Origin: a virus
Lineage: Duplodnaviria; Caudoviricetes
Length of the DNA stretch: 64,000 nucleotides
Direction: 5' to 3' (one strand)
Virus record (IMG/VR): IMGVR_UViG_2571042740_000001
Coordinates: 10,801 to 74,800 of that record
The position numbers and the translations under genes are program-made. A model generated the notes under the pieces. That model worked only from the letters and a program-made list of their open reading frames with translations. It searched no databases and had not been told where the DNA came from. This document shows, piece by piece, positions 36,150-45,055 of this stretch (the first letter of the stretch is position 1; every line of letters starts with the position of its first letter).

Positions 36150-37164
36150 CGTTTTCTTCCTCCTCGCTATTCTGAGCATCACGCTTTGCCTTCTGCTTCG
36201 CTTCCCAGCGCTCACGCTCCGCTTCATTGCGGAATGCGGTATGCCCGGAAAGGTTCTCCATCAGGCGCTTGCGGTCTGCCTTGCAGTCTTTTCCGTTCAG
36301 CCCAAGGCGGATCAGCCAGACGCGGAGCGAATACTTCTCGTTGCTGTCATCGACATCCTTTGCCTGAACACGCTTCTGGGTAATTGCCATCTTGTTCATA
36401 GCTGCGGCAAGCTTCATGAAAGTCTGCACATGCTCAGCATCCTGTGCCTGACCGAAGCCGTCGAAGGTGAGCTTGTCATCATCGAAGGATATTCCCATCA
36501 GCGGAGTACTCATCTCACCCCATTCCCTAACATATGAAATCAATTCATTCACACTCCGGAATACCTTCTCATCAAGGATCGAATCCACCAGTTCCTTGTC
36601 TGCAAAAAATGTACCGCCGGTTGCTTTGGAGATCAGAGGTCCGCGGGAGTGGATCATACAGATCAGATTTGTGAGGGACTGTACTGTATGCGCATTCAGG
36701 GAAAAAGAGATTCTTGTGCAAAGATACTCATCTGATTCAGATTCCGCATTTTTGTAAACTGAATCCCGGCTTTCATCCATATCGCTTTCCGGAATGATCT
36801 CAGGCTCCGATTCTGACACTTCTGCAGGCGATTCTTCGATGAAGGGCGGCTCATCTTCAAGCTGTTCATCATCACCCCATTCTTCTGTGGTTTCAGCCGC
36901 AAGACTGATTTCCGGAGGTGTCTCCACATGTGTATCGTCTTCGCTGATCAGCGCACCGATCATACCTTCTTTTGTAAGAATGCCGATAATCAGTTCATCT
37001 GCATCATTCGTTGTTGTCAGTTCGCCGTCTTTCTCAACCGTGAATTCCCCGACTTCAAAAGCGCATCTCGGTACAAAGGTATATCTCGCTTTCTTCCTCG
37101 TAAGCTCTTCCAGTCTCTTTACCAGTTCTTTGCGGTTTGGAATCTTCTGTGCATAAGTTTTCAT
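36133..37164 (-). CDS. Phage 'virulence-related'-type protein with amidoligase-like C-terminal domain (cassette 7)
   Basis: N-terminal RKELV...Y...P..AF.VG; C-terminal [14 protein letters not shown]...NLSGHTAFR. Confidence 0.75.
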   Translation of the reverse strand: MKTYAQKIPNRKELVKRLEELTRKKARYTFVPRCAFEVGEFTVEKDGELTTTNDADELIIGILTKEGMIGALISEDDTHVETPPEISLAAETTEEWGDDEQLEDEPPFIEESPAEVSESEPEIIPESDMDESRDSVYKNAESESDEYLCTRISFSLNAHTVQSLTNLICMIHSRGPLISKATGGTFFADKELVDSILDEKVFRSVNELISYVREWGEMSTPLMGISFDDDKLTFDGFGQAQDAEHVQTFMKLAAAMNKMAITQKRVQAKDVDDSNEKYSLRVWLIRLGLNGKDCKADRKRLMENLSGHTAFRNEAERERWEAKQKAKRDAQNSEEEENDAISE

Positions 37165-37231
37165 ATGTGTACGCTCCTTTTTCATTATTGCCGTCCAACC
37201 GTCCTATACGGTCTTCCCCGGCGGTAGTCAC

Positions 37232-37260
37232 ATATTAAGCTATTTTGCTGATAATATCAA
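37232..37260 (-). promoter_or_regulatory. Cassette promoter P7 (more diverged)
   Basis: TTGATA-N17-TAATAT; gcggtagtcacatattaa core. Confidence 0.8.
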
Positions 37261-37387
37261 GACTGTAAATCGGAGAATGTAAGGGGCTATATTGCCCATG
37301 TGATTGTGCATAGTACAGAATCTGAAATGCCGAACAGCTTACTTAGTATCAGTTCGTTCACAATTTGCTGCAGCGGCGGTACAGATA

Positions 37388-38668
37388 TCAGTCATCGGCT
37401 TCAGAATCATTTTCATCAGTAGGCATCTCTGCAACAGCTTCCTCGTATGACAGCTTCTGCCCATCACGGAGTACATATGCGACCTCGGCGGTCTGCTTCT
37501 CCCGACACCATGCGAGGTATCGCTTCACGATGACGTCCACGAATTTTGGGTCAAGCTCGATTCCACGGCAGACACGGTCTGTCTCACAGCAGGCGATCAG
37601 CGTTGAGCCAGAGCCGAGGAACGGGTCGAGAACGATACCGTTTGTCATGGTGCTGTTCTTGATCGGATATGCCATCAGCGGGATGGGCTTTGTGGTCGGA
37701 TGGTCGGGGCTGCTTTTCGGCTTGTCATATTCCCAGACAGTTGTCTGCTTGCGGTCGGCGTACCACTGATGCTTGCCCTTCTGCTTCCAGCCGAACAGAC
37801 ACGGCTCGTGGATCCACTGATACGGACTGCGTCCAAGCACCAACGAATTCTTCTTCCAGATACAGCAGCCGGAAAGCTGGAATCCTGCATCCTTGAATGC
37901 CTTTCTGAAATTCAGCCCCTCGGTGTCGGCATGCCATACATAGATGCTGCCGTCATCTGCAAGGCTGTCATACATACACTTATAGGCAGAGAGCAGAAAG
38001 TTATAGAAATCGCTGTCGCTCATGTTGTCGTTCATGATCTTGCCGGCGGTCTCCTCAACGTCCACATTGTAAGGTGGATCCGTCAGGACGAGGTTTGCTT
38101 TCTGTCCTTCCATAAGCTTTGTGTATGTCTCCGCGACTGTGCTGTCGCCGCAGATCACACGATGCCTGCCGAGTATCCAGATATCTCCCGGCTTGGAGAA
38201 GGTCGGTTTCTGAAGTTCCTCTTCCACATCGAAGCTGTCCTCTTTGACCTGCTTATCGTGTACCTGATTGAAAAGCTGCTCGATCTCCGGCGGGTCAAAG
38301 CCGGTCTTACCGAGGTCGAAATCGCTGCTCTGAATATCCTCCAGAAGTTCAGCGAGAAGGTTCTCGTCCCACGCGCCTGTGATCTTGTTAAGTGCAATGT
38401 TCAGCGCCTTCTCACGGACCTTGTCGATGTCCACCACAGCACACGGTACTTCCGTATAACCGAGCGCCGTCGCTACGGTCAGTCTTTGGTGTCCGCCGAT
38501 GATCGTCATGTCGGCATTGACAACAAGTGGGTCGGCAAAGCCGAATTCCTCTATGCTGTTTTTTATTTTCTCATATTCTTTATCTCCGGGCTTCAGCTTT
38601 TTACGCGGGTTGTATTCCGCAGGCTTCAGCTCCGAAACAGGAATCATACGCAGTTCTGCTGTTTTCAT
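37388..38668 (-). CDS. ParB-like N-terminal domain + N6/N4 DNA methyltransferase (orphan)
   Basis: YNPRK, IGGHQR; TDPPY, HPTTKP, LDPFLGSGST. Confidence 0.93.
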   Translation of the reverse strand: MKTAELRMIPVSELKPAEYNPRKKLKPGDKEYEKIKNSIEEFGFADPLVVNADMTIIGGHQRLTVATALGYTEVPCAVVDIDKVREKALNIALNKITGAWDENLLAELLEDIQSSDFDLGKTGFDPPEIEQLFNQVHDKQVKEDSFDVEEELQKPTFSKPGDIWILGRHRVICGDSTVAETYTKLMEGQKANLVLTDPPYNVDVEETAGKIMNDNMSDSDFYNFLLSAYKCMYDSLADDGSIYVWHADTEGLNFRKAFKDAGFQLSGCCIWKKNSLVLGRSPYQWIHEPCLFGWKQKGKHQWYADRKQTTVWEYDKPKSSPDHPTTKPIPLMAYPIKNSTMTNGIVLDPFLGSGSTLIACCETDRVCRGIELDPKFVDVIVKRYLAWCREKQTAEVAYVLRDGQKLSYEEAVAEMPTDENDSEADD

Positions 38669-38669
38669 C

Positions 38670-38969
38670 TCATTCCTCCCGTATATACATCTGCCGCAGC
38701 TCTGCGGCTCTTTTGGTGTTCGCATCTTTCAGCACCGTGACATCACGGAGCGTTTCTTCACTCAGAGGCTTGCCCTTCAGCTTTTCGGCAAGTGACCGGT
38801 ACTTGCGGATACTCCGGCGGAGTGCTGCATCGGTCACAGACACGATATACGCTTTGCCGCAATAGTCACAATTGAAGAAGCTGTATTCGATCTCTCCCTC
38901 ACGCTGCGTTTTCGGCTCCGGCACAAAGGCACAGCCGCAGGCATCGCAGCGGACATTCTGTTTTGTCAT
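38670..38969 (-). CDS. Hypothetical protein with two CxxC motifs
   Basis: CDAC...CDYC; coupled to its neighbours. Confidence 0.7.
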   Translation of the reverse strand: MTKQNVRCDACGCAFVPEPKTQREGEIEYSFFNCDYCGKAYIVSVTDAALRRSIRKYRSLAEKLKGKPLSEETLRDVTVLKDANTKRAAELRQMYIREE

Positions 38970-39433
38970 ATCGGTCTGCCTCCTTTGAGTCTGAGTATCC
39001 GCTGATTGCGGCTGCCGCGGAACTGAAGCGAGATATCCTTCTGTTCCAGCAGGAACGGCCCGTCCACAAGCACATCAACATAACGGAGAATTTCATTGTT
39101 CCGAAGTATCTCGTAAGTGTATCCGGAGAACAGCCAGGTGTCCGAATTCGGACACTCCATCTTTACCCGTTTCAGAAACGGTATAAGCACACGCTCGTTT
39201 TCTTCCTCGCATGGTTCACCGCCGAGAACAGAAAGTCCCTGTATCCAAGAAGGACGCAGGGATTCGATGATCTCATCTTCAGTTTCCTTTGTGAAGGGCT
39301 TCCCGTACCCGAAATCCCATGCCTCTGGATTATGACAGCCTTTGCAGTGATTCCGGCACCCGGATACAAACAGTGACACACGCACACCGTAACCGTTGGC
39401 AATGTCGTTTTTATTCAGACCGCAGTAATTCAC
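38966..39433 (-). CDS. nrdG: Anaerobic ribonucleotide reductase activating enzyme
   Basis: SGCRNHCKGCHN radical-SAM motif, GGEP, RGSRNQR. Confidence 0.95.
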   Translation of the reverse strand: MNYCGLNKNDIANGYGVRVSLFVSGCRNHCKGCHNPEAWDFGYGKPFTKETEDEIIESLRPSWIQGLSVLGGEPCEEENERVLIPFLKRVKMECPNSDTWLFSGYTYEILRNNEILRYVDVLVDGPFLLEQKDISLQFRGSRNQRILRLKGGRPI

Positions 39434-41571
39434 AGGTGCATCACCCGATCCTTGATCTCAGCGGTGCGCCCCTGATTCCAGAACTGCGTTCCAAGGTAAC
39501 CGCAGGTGCGGCGGCATACATTCAGTGTCCGCTGATCGCGGTTGCCGCAGTTCGGGCATTCCCAGATCAGCTTGCCGTCCTCCTCGGTGATCTGTATCTC
39601 GCCGTCATACCTGCAGACCTGACAGTAATCAGATTTCGTGTTCAGCTCAGCATACAGGATGGTTTCGTAGATATGCCGCATCAGCGCCAGTACCGCTGGG
39701 ATGTTGTTCTGCAGATTCGGTACTTCCACATAGGAGATTGCACCGCCGGGAGAAAGCGCCTGAAACTCCGCTTCAAAGGTCAGCTTTGAAAACGCATCGA
39801 TCGGCTCGGTGACATGAACGTGATAGCTGTTTGTGATATAGCTTTTATCCGTCACATGAGGAATGATGCCGTGCCGCCTTTGCAGACATTGTGCAAATTT
39901 GTATGTGACGCTCTCCATCGGTGTGCCGTACAGCGAGAAGCTGATATTAGTCTCGGCTCTCCATTTGCTGCACTTGTCATTGAGAAATCTCATGACCGCA
40001 AGAGCGAAGGTCTTACCGTCCGGCTCTGTATGTGAACAGCCTGTCATGCGGTATGTCATCTCTGCGATGCCTGCATAGCCGAGGGAGATGGTGCTGTAAT
40101 TGTTGTACAGCAGATCATCAATGATCTCGCCGTCCTTCAGTCTTGCCAGCGCACCGTTCTGCCAGAGGATCGGTGCAACATCGGACGGCGTTCCTTTGAG
40201 CCGTTCGTGCCTGCACATGAGAGCCTTACGGCACAGTTCGCAGCGTTCATTCAGAAGCTGCCAGAACTTATTCTCGTCACCGCCTGCGCTGCAAGCGATA
40301 TCCACAAGGTTGATGGTTACAACACCCTGATTAAAACGCCCGTAATACTTGTGATCGTCCGAAGGCGTGAGAAAACTTCGGCAGCCCATGCAGGCATACA
40401 CATCACCCTTCAGCTGTTTCATCACCTTGGCGGAGATGTAGTCGGGAACCATGCGCTTTGCCGTACACTTGGCGGCAAGCTCAGTCAGGTAGTAATATTT
40501 TGTTCCGGGTTGGATATTGTCTTCATCGAGAACATAGATCAGTTTCGGGAATGCTGGTGTGATCCAGACACCCTTTTCGTTTTTCACACCTTCGATACGC
40601 TGAAGCAGCGTTTCTTCGATGGTGAGCGCTAGGTCATCTCTGGTCTGTCCCTCCGGCACCTCGTCCAGATACATGAACACCGTTACGAACGGCGTCTGTC
40701 CGTTGGTGGTGAGCAGCGTATTGATCTGGTACTGAATGGTCTGCACGCCGCGCTTGACTTCCCGGCGTACTCGCTTCTCAACGATGTGGCTGATCTCATC
40801 CTCAGACAGTTTGCAGCCGCAGTCGCAGTTCACATCCTCGAATACTTCAGCTCGTATCTTCTGCCTGCTGACATCCACGAAAGGCGCAAGATGCGCCAGT
40901 GATACAGTCTGACCGCCGTACTGATTCGATGCGACCTGCGCAATGATCTGCGTTGCGATATTGCAGGCGGTCGAAAAGCTGTGCGGCTTCTCGATCATTG
41001 TACCGGAAACCACTGTGCCGTTCTGCAGCATATCCGCCAGATTGACCAGACAGCAGTTGTGCATCGGCTCAGCGATATAGTCCAGGTCGTGAACATGGAT
41101 GATACCCTCATCATGAGCGGCGATCACATCTGCCGGGAACAGGAAGCGCCGACAGATGTCTCTGCTGACTTCGCCTGCCATATAGTCCCGTAGCGTGCTG
41201 TTGATGATCGGGTTCTTATTGGCGTTCTCCTGTTTTGCCTCCTCGTTGTTGCGTTCGAGCAGGCTCAGGATCTTGCCGTCTGTGGTGTTCATCCTGCGCT
41301 GCTGTTCATGCAGCAGTCTGTATTCGCTATAGTGCCGTGCAAGTTTGTACGCTTCGGCCTTGTCCAGTTCATCGAGAACCATGTCCTGGACTTCTTCGAC
41401 ATGGACAGGTCTTGCAAGGGCGCTGCAGCGTTTTTCTACATTACTGACAATGAATCCGATCACGGTATCGCTGATCTTGCCATCGACCTCTGCGTTTGCA
41501 GCTGTGATCGCGGCACGGATCTTTTCGCAGTCGTAGGGAACCTCACACCCGTTTCTTTTTATAATTTTCAT
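39430..41571 (-). CDS. nrdD: Anaerobic ribonucleoside-triphosphate reductase (class III)
   Basis: ATP cone, HNCCL, MGCRS, TNSYH, CPNCG, RTCGYL glycyl-radical motif. Confidence 0.96.
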   Translation of the reverse strand: MKIIKRNGCEVPYDCEKIRAAITAANAEVDGKISDTVIGFIVSNVEKRCSALARPVHVEEVQDMVLDELDKAEAYKLARHYSEYRLLHEQQRRMNTTDGKILSLLERNNEEAKQENANKNPIINSTLRDYMAGEVSRDICRRFLFPADVIAAHDEGIIHVHDLDYIAEPMHNCCLVNLADMLQNGTVVSGTMIEKPHSFSTACNIATQIIAQVASNQYGGQTVSLAHLAPFVDVSRQKIRAEVFEDVNCDCGCKLSEDEISHIVEKRVRREVKRGVQTIQYQINTLLTTNGQTPFVTVFMYLDEVPEGQTRDDLALTIEETLLQRIEGVKNEKGVWITPAFPKLIYVLDEDNIQPGTKYYYLTELAAKCTAKRMVPDYISAKVMKQLKGDVYACMGCRSFLTPSDDHKYYGRFNQGVVTINLVDIACSAGGDENKFWQLLNERCELCRKALMCRHERLKGTPSDVAPILWQNGALARLKDGEIIDDLLYNNYSTISLGYAGIAEMTYRMTGCSHTEPDGKTFALAVMRFLNDKCSKWRAETNISFSLYGTPMESVTYKFAQCLQRRHGIIPHVTDKSYITNSYHVHVTEPIDAFSKLTFEAEFQALSPGGAISYVEVPNLQNNIPAVLALMRHIYETILYAELNTKSDYCQVCRYDGEIQITEEDGKLIWECPNCGNRDQRTLNVCRRTCGYLGTQFWNQGRTAEIKDRVMHL

Positions 41572-42062
41572 ATCGCATCCACCTCATTCTCCATATCAGC
41601 TTCTGATTCAGCCAGCAGATCATCGCAGGTTTTGTTCAGGTTTTTTCTGCACTGTGCGTTCAGTATTTCATACACAGCAGATCTTTCGTCATCGGTAAGC
41701 TCTATTGCATACATATCCTCATTGTCATCTGAATCTGAATTCCTGACGATGAAGTTTATACAGTTATCCACACAGCCTTGCTGATTGTTACCGAGAAATT
41801 TACTGATACCGATATAAAAATCATACCAGCCGTCATGATCCACTTCACCGTTTCGTCCGTCAATCGGATACATAGGAAGATATCCTTTTTCAAGACGAAT
41901 ACGATCAGCCATCTCAACAAGTGTTTTTGTTGCTGTGAGCATGAACTCTACGGTCGGAAAACGGTATGGGTAAGTATCATTGATCTGATCACTACTGTAT
42001 ACAATCTCAGCTTCGGGATCTATAAGTATTGCGTTATGAATAAAGTTTTCTGTCAGTGTCAC
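41568..42062 (-). CDS. Hypothetical acidic protein
   Basis: 4-bp overlaps with both neighbours. Confidence 0.65.
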   Translation of the reverse strand: MTLTENFIHNAILIDPEAEIVYSSDQINDTYPYRFPTVEFMLTATKTLVEMADRIRLEKGYLPMYPIDGRNGEVDHDGWYDFYIGISKFLGNNQQGCVDNCINFIVRNSDSDDNEDMYAIELTDDERSAVYEILNAQCRKNLNKTCDDLLAESEADMENEVDAI

Positions 42063-42262
42063 TTATCTGTCCTCCTCTGTGCCGGACACTCTCCGGCGTA
42101 TGGACAATTCATGCAGTTTCTGATACTGCACCTTCCTGTACGAGAAAACATTATACGAATCAGTGCTGCATTGCTTACGGCTAGAAATGCCAGAAGCACC
42201 CAGTTCAGAATAGCAAGCATCATGTTCACTTCCTCCTTATCATTTTTAATTACACTTATCAC
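42059..42262 (-). CDS. Small membrane-anchored Cys-rich protein (start probably ~42223)
   Basis: Hydrophobic N-terminus, C..C..CPY...C (FeoB-associated-like pattern); GGAGG SD. Confidence 0.5.
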   Translation of the reverse strand: MISVIKNDKEEVNMMLAILNWVLLAFLAVSNAALIRIMFSRTGRCSIRNCMNCPYAGECPAQRRTDK

Positions 42263-42536
42263 GAAAAGCTCTGGTCCTGCACCGACCTGAGCAGTATTTT
42301 TTTGACCGCCCGGTTTTCGGCTGTCTCAGTTTTTCACCGCACACCGGGCAGCGGTTGTTCTGCTTGCACCAGATAGAATAATTTGCTTTTACCAGTGTTC
42401 CGTCTCCTGCCAGACCGTTCATTCTGCAGTATAAATGGACCTGATCAACATTGAGTCCCAGACTGTTTGCGATTGCCTTATATCCAATGCCATCCATACG
42501 CATGGACCTGATCTGTCTCTTCTGAGCATCAGTCAT
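42246..42536 (-). CDS. HTH + zinc-ribbon protein
   Basis: GIGYKAIA..LGL HTH; CPVCG...KYCS.RCR. Confidence 0.75.
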   Translation of the reverse strand: MTDAQKRQIRSMRMDGIGYKAIANSLGLNVDQVHLYCRMNGLAGDGTLVKANYSIWCKQNNRCPVCGEKLRQPKTGRSKKYCSGRCRTRAFRDKCN

Positions 42537-42828
42537 ATCTTCACCGCCTTCAAATGTACCATTTTTGTAAGTTTGGGGTATCCACACGGGCTCCGCCAGG
42601 AAATGAATCAGAATGCGTTTCACCATTAAAAAGCACTGTTTTATATCAATTTTTGTCGTAAAATCGCTGTTTTAGAATGCAATTTGTAACGAAACTCAGT
42701 AATAAGATTATCAAAATCACTTCTCCGCAACGGCATATCAAAATGCGCGATAAATCAATGTTTCCTGACTCATGAAACGATTCTGCAAGGCAGTCAGAAT
42801 AATCTGGAAATAGTTCTTTGGATACCCA

Positions 42829-42956
42829 CCCCTTGCAATTTCGCGGTTTTTCACACGAGAGGGGCCGACGGTCTTGTGCTGCCCTCATTTTAGAGATTTC
42901 GACCCGCCCCCGGAGGGGCGCCCCAGCCCCAGGCCCCGCCCCATAGGTACACCCCT
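42829..42956. other. Putative cos / packaging initiation region
   Basis: GC-rich block directly downstream of HNH; minus strand GGGGGCGGGTCGAAATCTCT...GACCGTCGGCCCCTCTCGTGTGAAAAACCGCGAAATT resembles cos contexts of HNH/P27-terminase phages. Confidence 0.55.
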
Positions 42957-42965
42957 GAGCCACAG

Positions 42966-43325
42966 TCAATACTTGTACTCAGGGGTGTGATCCTCGTTTC
43001 GGGTCTTGATGCTGTGGTGACGATGGCAGAGGCTCTGCCAGTTGCTCTGATCCCAGAAGAGAACACTGTCTCCTCGGTGCGGCTTGATGTGATCGACATC
43101 GGTCGACTTGACGTAGCGGCCTTGCTTCAGGCACTCCACACACAGCGGATGTGTTTCAAGGTAACGCTTGCGTGCTTTGTTCCATGCAGTGCCGTAGCCT
43201 CGACTGCCTGCTGACCGTGTCTCCTCCGGGTGGAGGGAACGGTGCTTGTCACAGTACTTCGTACCGTAGGGAACGAGTGCCGCACAGCCGGGATGCCGGC
43301 ATGGTGTGTTCGGTCTGCTTGGCAT
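42966..43325 (-). CDS. HNH endonuclease (terminase-associated, HK97 gp74-like)
   Basis: PLCVEC, VDHIKPHRG, NWQSLCHRHHSIKT. Confidence 0.92.
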   Translation of the reverse strand: MPSRPNTPCRHPGCAALVPYGTKYCDKHRSLHPEETRSAGSRGYGTAWNKARKRYLETHPLCVECLKQGRYVKSTDVDHIKPHRGDSVLFWDQSNWQSLCHRHHSIKTRNEDHTPEYKY

Positions 43326-43409
43326 TGTCTCTGTCTCCTCTCTGTCTTTGTGTTTGGTAAGGGGCGGTCAGCCCCGCAAATGGTGTGTTGGTCGGTCTGA
43401 GCAACGTCC

Positions 43410-43448
43410 CTCATATACTGTCGTGGGAATGCCGAAATTTTCGGTATC
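43410..43448 (-). promoter_or_regulatory. 39-bp phage operon-upstream element, copy 1
   Basis: ctcatatactgtcgtggga-N6-aaattttcggtatc; 34/39 identical to 55935-55973. Confidence 0.7.
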
Positions 43449-43471
43449 ATATTCAAAAAAATTCAGTTTTT

Positions 43472-44566
43472 TTAAATTTCCCACGGAAGCCCCGATTTTC
43501 CGAAGTGTCCGTATGCAGAAACCTTGTTATAATCAACATCGAGTAGACCGAGACTCTCGATAATCCCTCTCGGTGTGAGGTCGTAGTTCTCACGGACATA
43601 CTGGTTGATAAACTCCGCATCCTGATGCTCTGTTCCGAAGGTCTCCACATACACGGACACAGGTTCGGCCACACCAATGGCGTATGCGATCTGCACTTCT
43701 GCCTTGTCTGCATATCCAGCACTGACGATATCCCTTGCGATCTTGCGGGCGGCATACGCACCGCTGCGGTCAACTTTAGTCGGATCCTTGCCGGACATCG
43801 CACCGCCGCCAATGTGTCCGATTCCGCCGTAGGTATCGCAGGCGAGTTTGCGTCCGGTCACGCCGCAGTCTGCAAAAGAGCTGCCGAGAACGAATCTGCC
43901 GGTCGGATTGACCAGTTTCTCAAAGTCAGTATTCAGTCCGTACTCTGTCGCTGTTCTCACCATCAGCTTTTCAATGATCGGTCTGAAATCCTCAACATCC
44001 ACATCGCGGATATGCTGTACCGAACAGAGGAAGGTCGTGATCCTGCCGCTGTCATAATCAAAGCTGACCTGCGCCTTGGCATCGGCTTTCAGCATGCGGC
44101 AGGGGTACGCTTTCAAAAGTTCCAGAAATCTGGTTGCGATCACATACGGGATCGGGAGCAGTTCCGGCGTTTCATTGGTCGCATAGCCGTACATCATGCC
44201 CTGATCTCCGGCACCGCCGGTATTCACACCGAGGGCGATATCGTTACTCTGATGATCGACCAGAATCGCAATGTCCAGATCATCGGAGGTGAAGTCCAGC
44301 TTATAGTCAAGTCCGGCATCGCTGTTCTCTGCACCGCCGTTGTTGATGCAGTCAAACACCTGCTGCACCAGAGCCTTGTAGTCCGGCTCATGGGTACTGG
44401 TCAGCTCACCTGCAATGACAAGGCATCGGTTCTTGAAAAGGCACTCGATCCCAACACGGCTGTCGCGGTCATGCTGAAGGCAGTCGGTCACAATTGCATC
44501 TGCGATCTGGTCACAGATCTTGTCGGGATGTCCTGCTGAAACTTGTTCACTTGTAATGATTCTCAT
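43472..44566 (-). CDS. metK: S-adenosylmethionine synthetase
   Basis: SEQVSAGHPDK, GAGDQG, GGGAMSGKDPTKVDRS, YGHFG. Confidence 0.93.
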   Translation of the reverse strand: MRIITSEQVSAGHPDKICDQIADAIVTDCLQHDRDSRVGIECLFKNRCLVIAGELTSTHEPDYKALVQQVFDCINNGGAENSDAGLDYKLDFTSDDLDIAILVDHQSNDIALGVNTGGAGDQGMMYGYATNETPELLPIPYVIATRFLELLKAYPCRMLKADAKAQVSFDYDSGRITTFLCSVQHIRDVDVEDFRPIIEKLMVRTATEYGLNTDFEKLVNPTGRFVLGSSFADCGVTGRKLACDTYGGIGHIGGGAMSGKDPTKVDRSGAYAARKIARDIVSAGYADKAEVQIAYAIGVAEPVSVYVETFGTEHQDAEFINQYVRENYDLTPRGIIESLGLLDVDYNKVSAYGHFGKSGLPWEI

Positions 44567-44567
44567 A

Positions 44568-44756
44568 TTATTTTTCCTCCTGATTTTTCTTTTCAAATAC
44601 GCACAAGAGTGTGCAGAATACATCCGAGCTTTCCAGCACCGTAGTCTGTGTAAGCTCAAATTCCGGATTCTTATCCAGCTTTTCGTTGATCACATCTGCG
44701 ATTGTCTTACCGTATTCCTTGTTGACGGTACCACGCAGAATTGCTGTTCTCTGCAT
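44568..44756 (-). CDS. Small hypothetical protein
   Basis: GGAGGT SD before MQRTAIL; abuts metK. Confidence 0.55.
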   Translation of the reverse strand: MQRTAILRGTVNKEYGKTIADVINEKLDKNPEFELTQTTVLESSDVFCTLLCVFEKKNQEEK

Positions 44757-44876
44757 AATATTTACCTCCATACCTTGACACCTGTTGCCCCTGCCACGTT
44801 TGTAGCACTCACATAGTTGGCATTTGCAACAGATGCCCACAGTTTTTTCTCGATATTACTTCATTTTCACTATCTC

Positions 44877-44990
44877 TGTAGCACTTGTAGCATTCCGTTC
44901 CATAACTTTTCCTATATTCTTCTTTATAGTAATATTTATATATTCACTTGCTACATTTGCTACATAAAATAGAATATATAAAGATATATA
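44877..44990. other. Putative phage replication origin
   Basis: TGTAGCA x2 (44877, 44886) and inverted TGCTACA x2 (44949, 44958) flank an AT-rich core, just downstream of the primase-helicase. Confidence 0.55.
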
Positions 44991-45055
44991 TACTAGAAAC
45001 AATAGAAAACTACAGAAGAAAGGCGCTTTTCAGCTTATGCGCCGGCCATAGGTCA

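Noticed and set aside
29900-37320. Repeats read as a CRISPR array
   Set aside because: Units are 0.5-1.9 kb apart, separated by whole genes, and match promoter geometry; no cas operon.
42646-42969. 107-aa minus-strand ORF
   Set aside because: Spans the GC-rich cos-like block, lacks an SD and has atypical composition.
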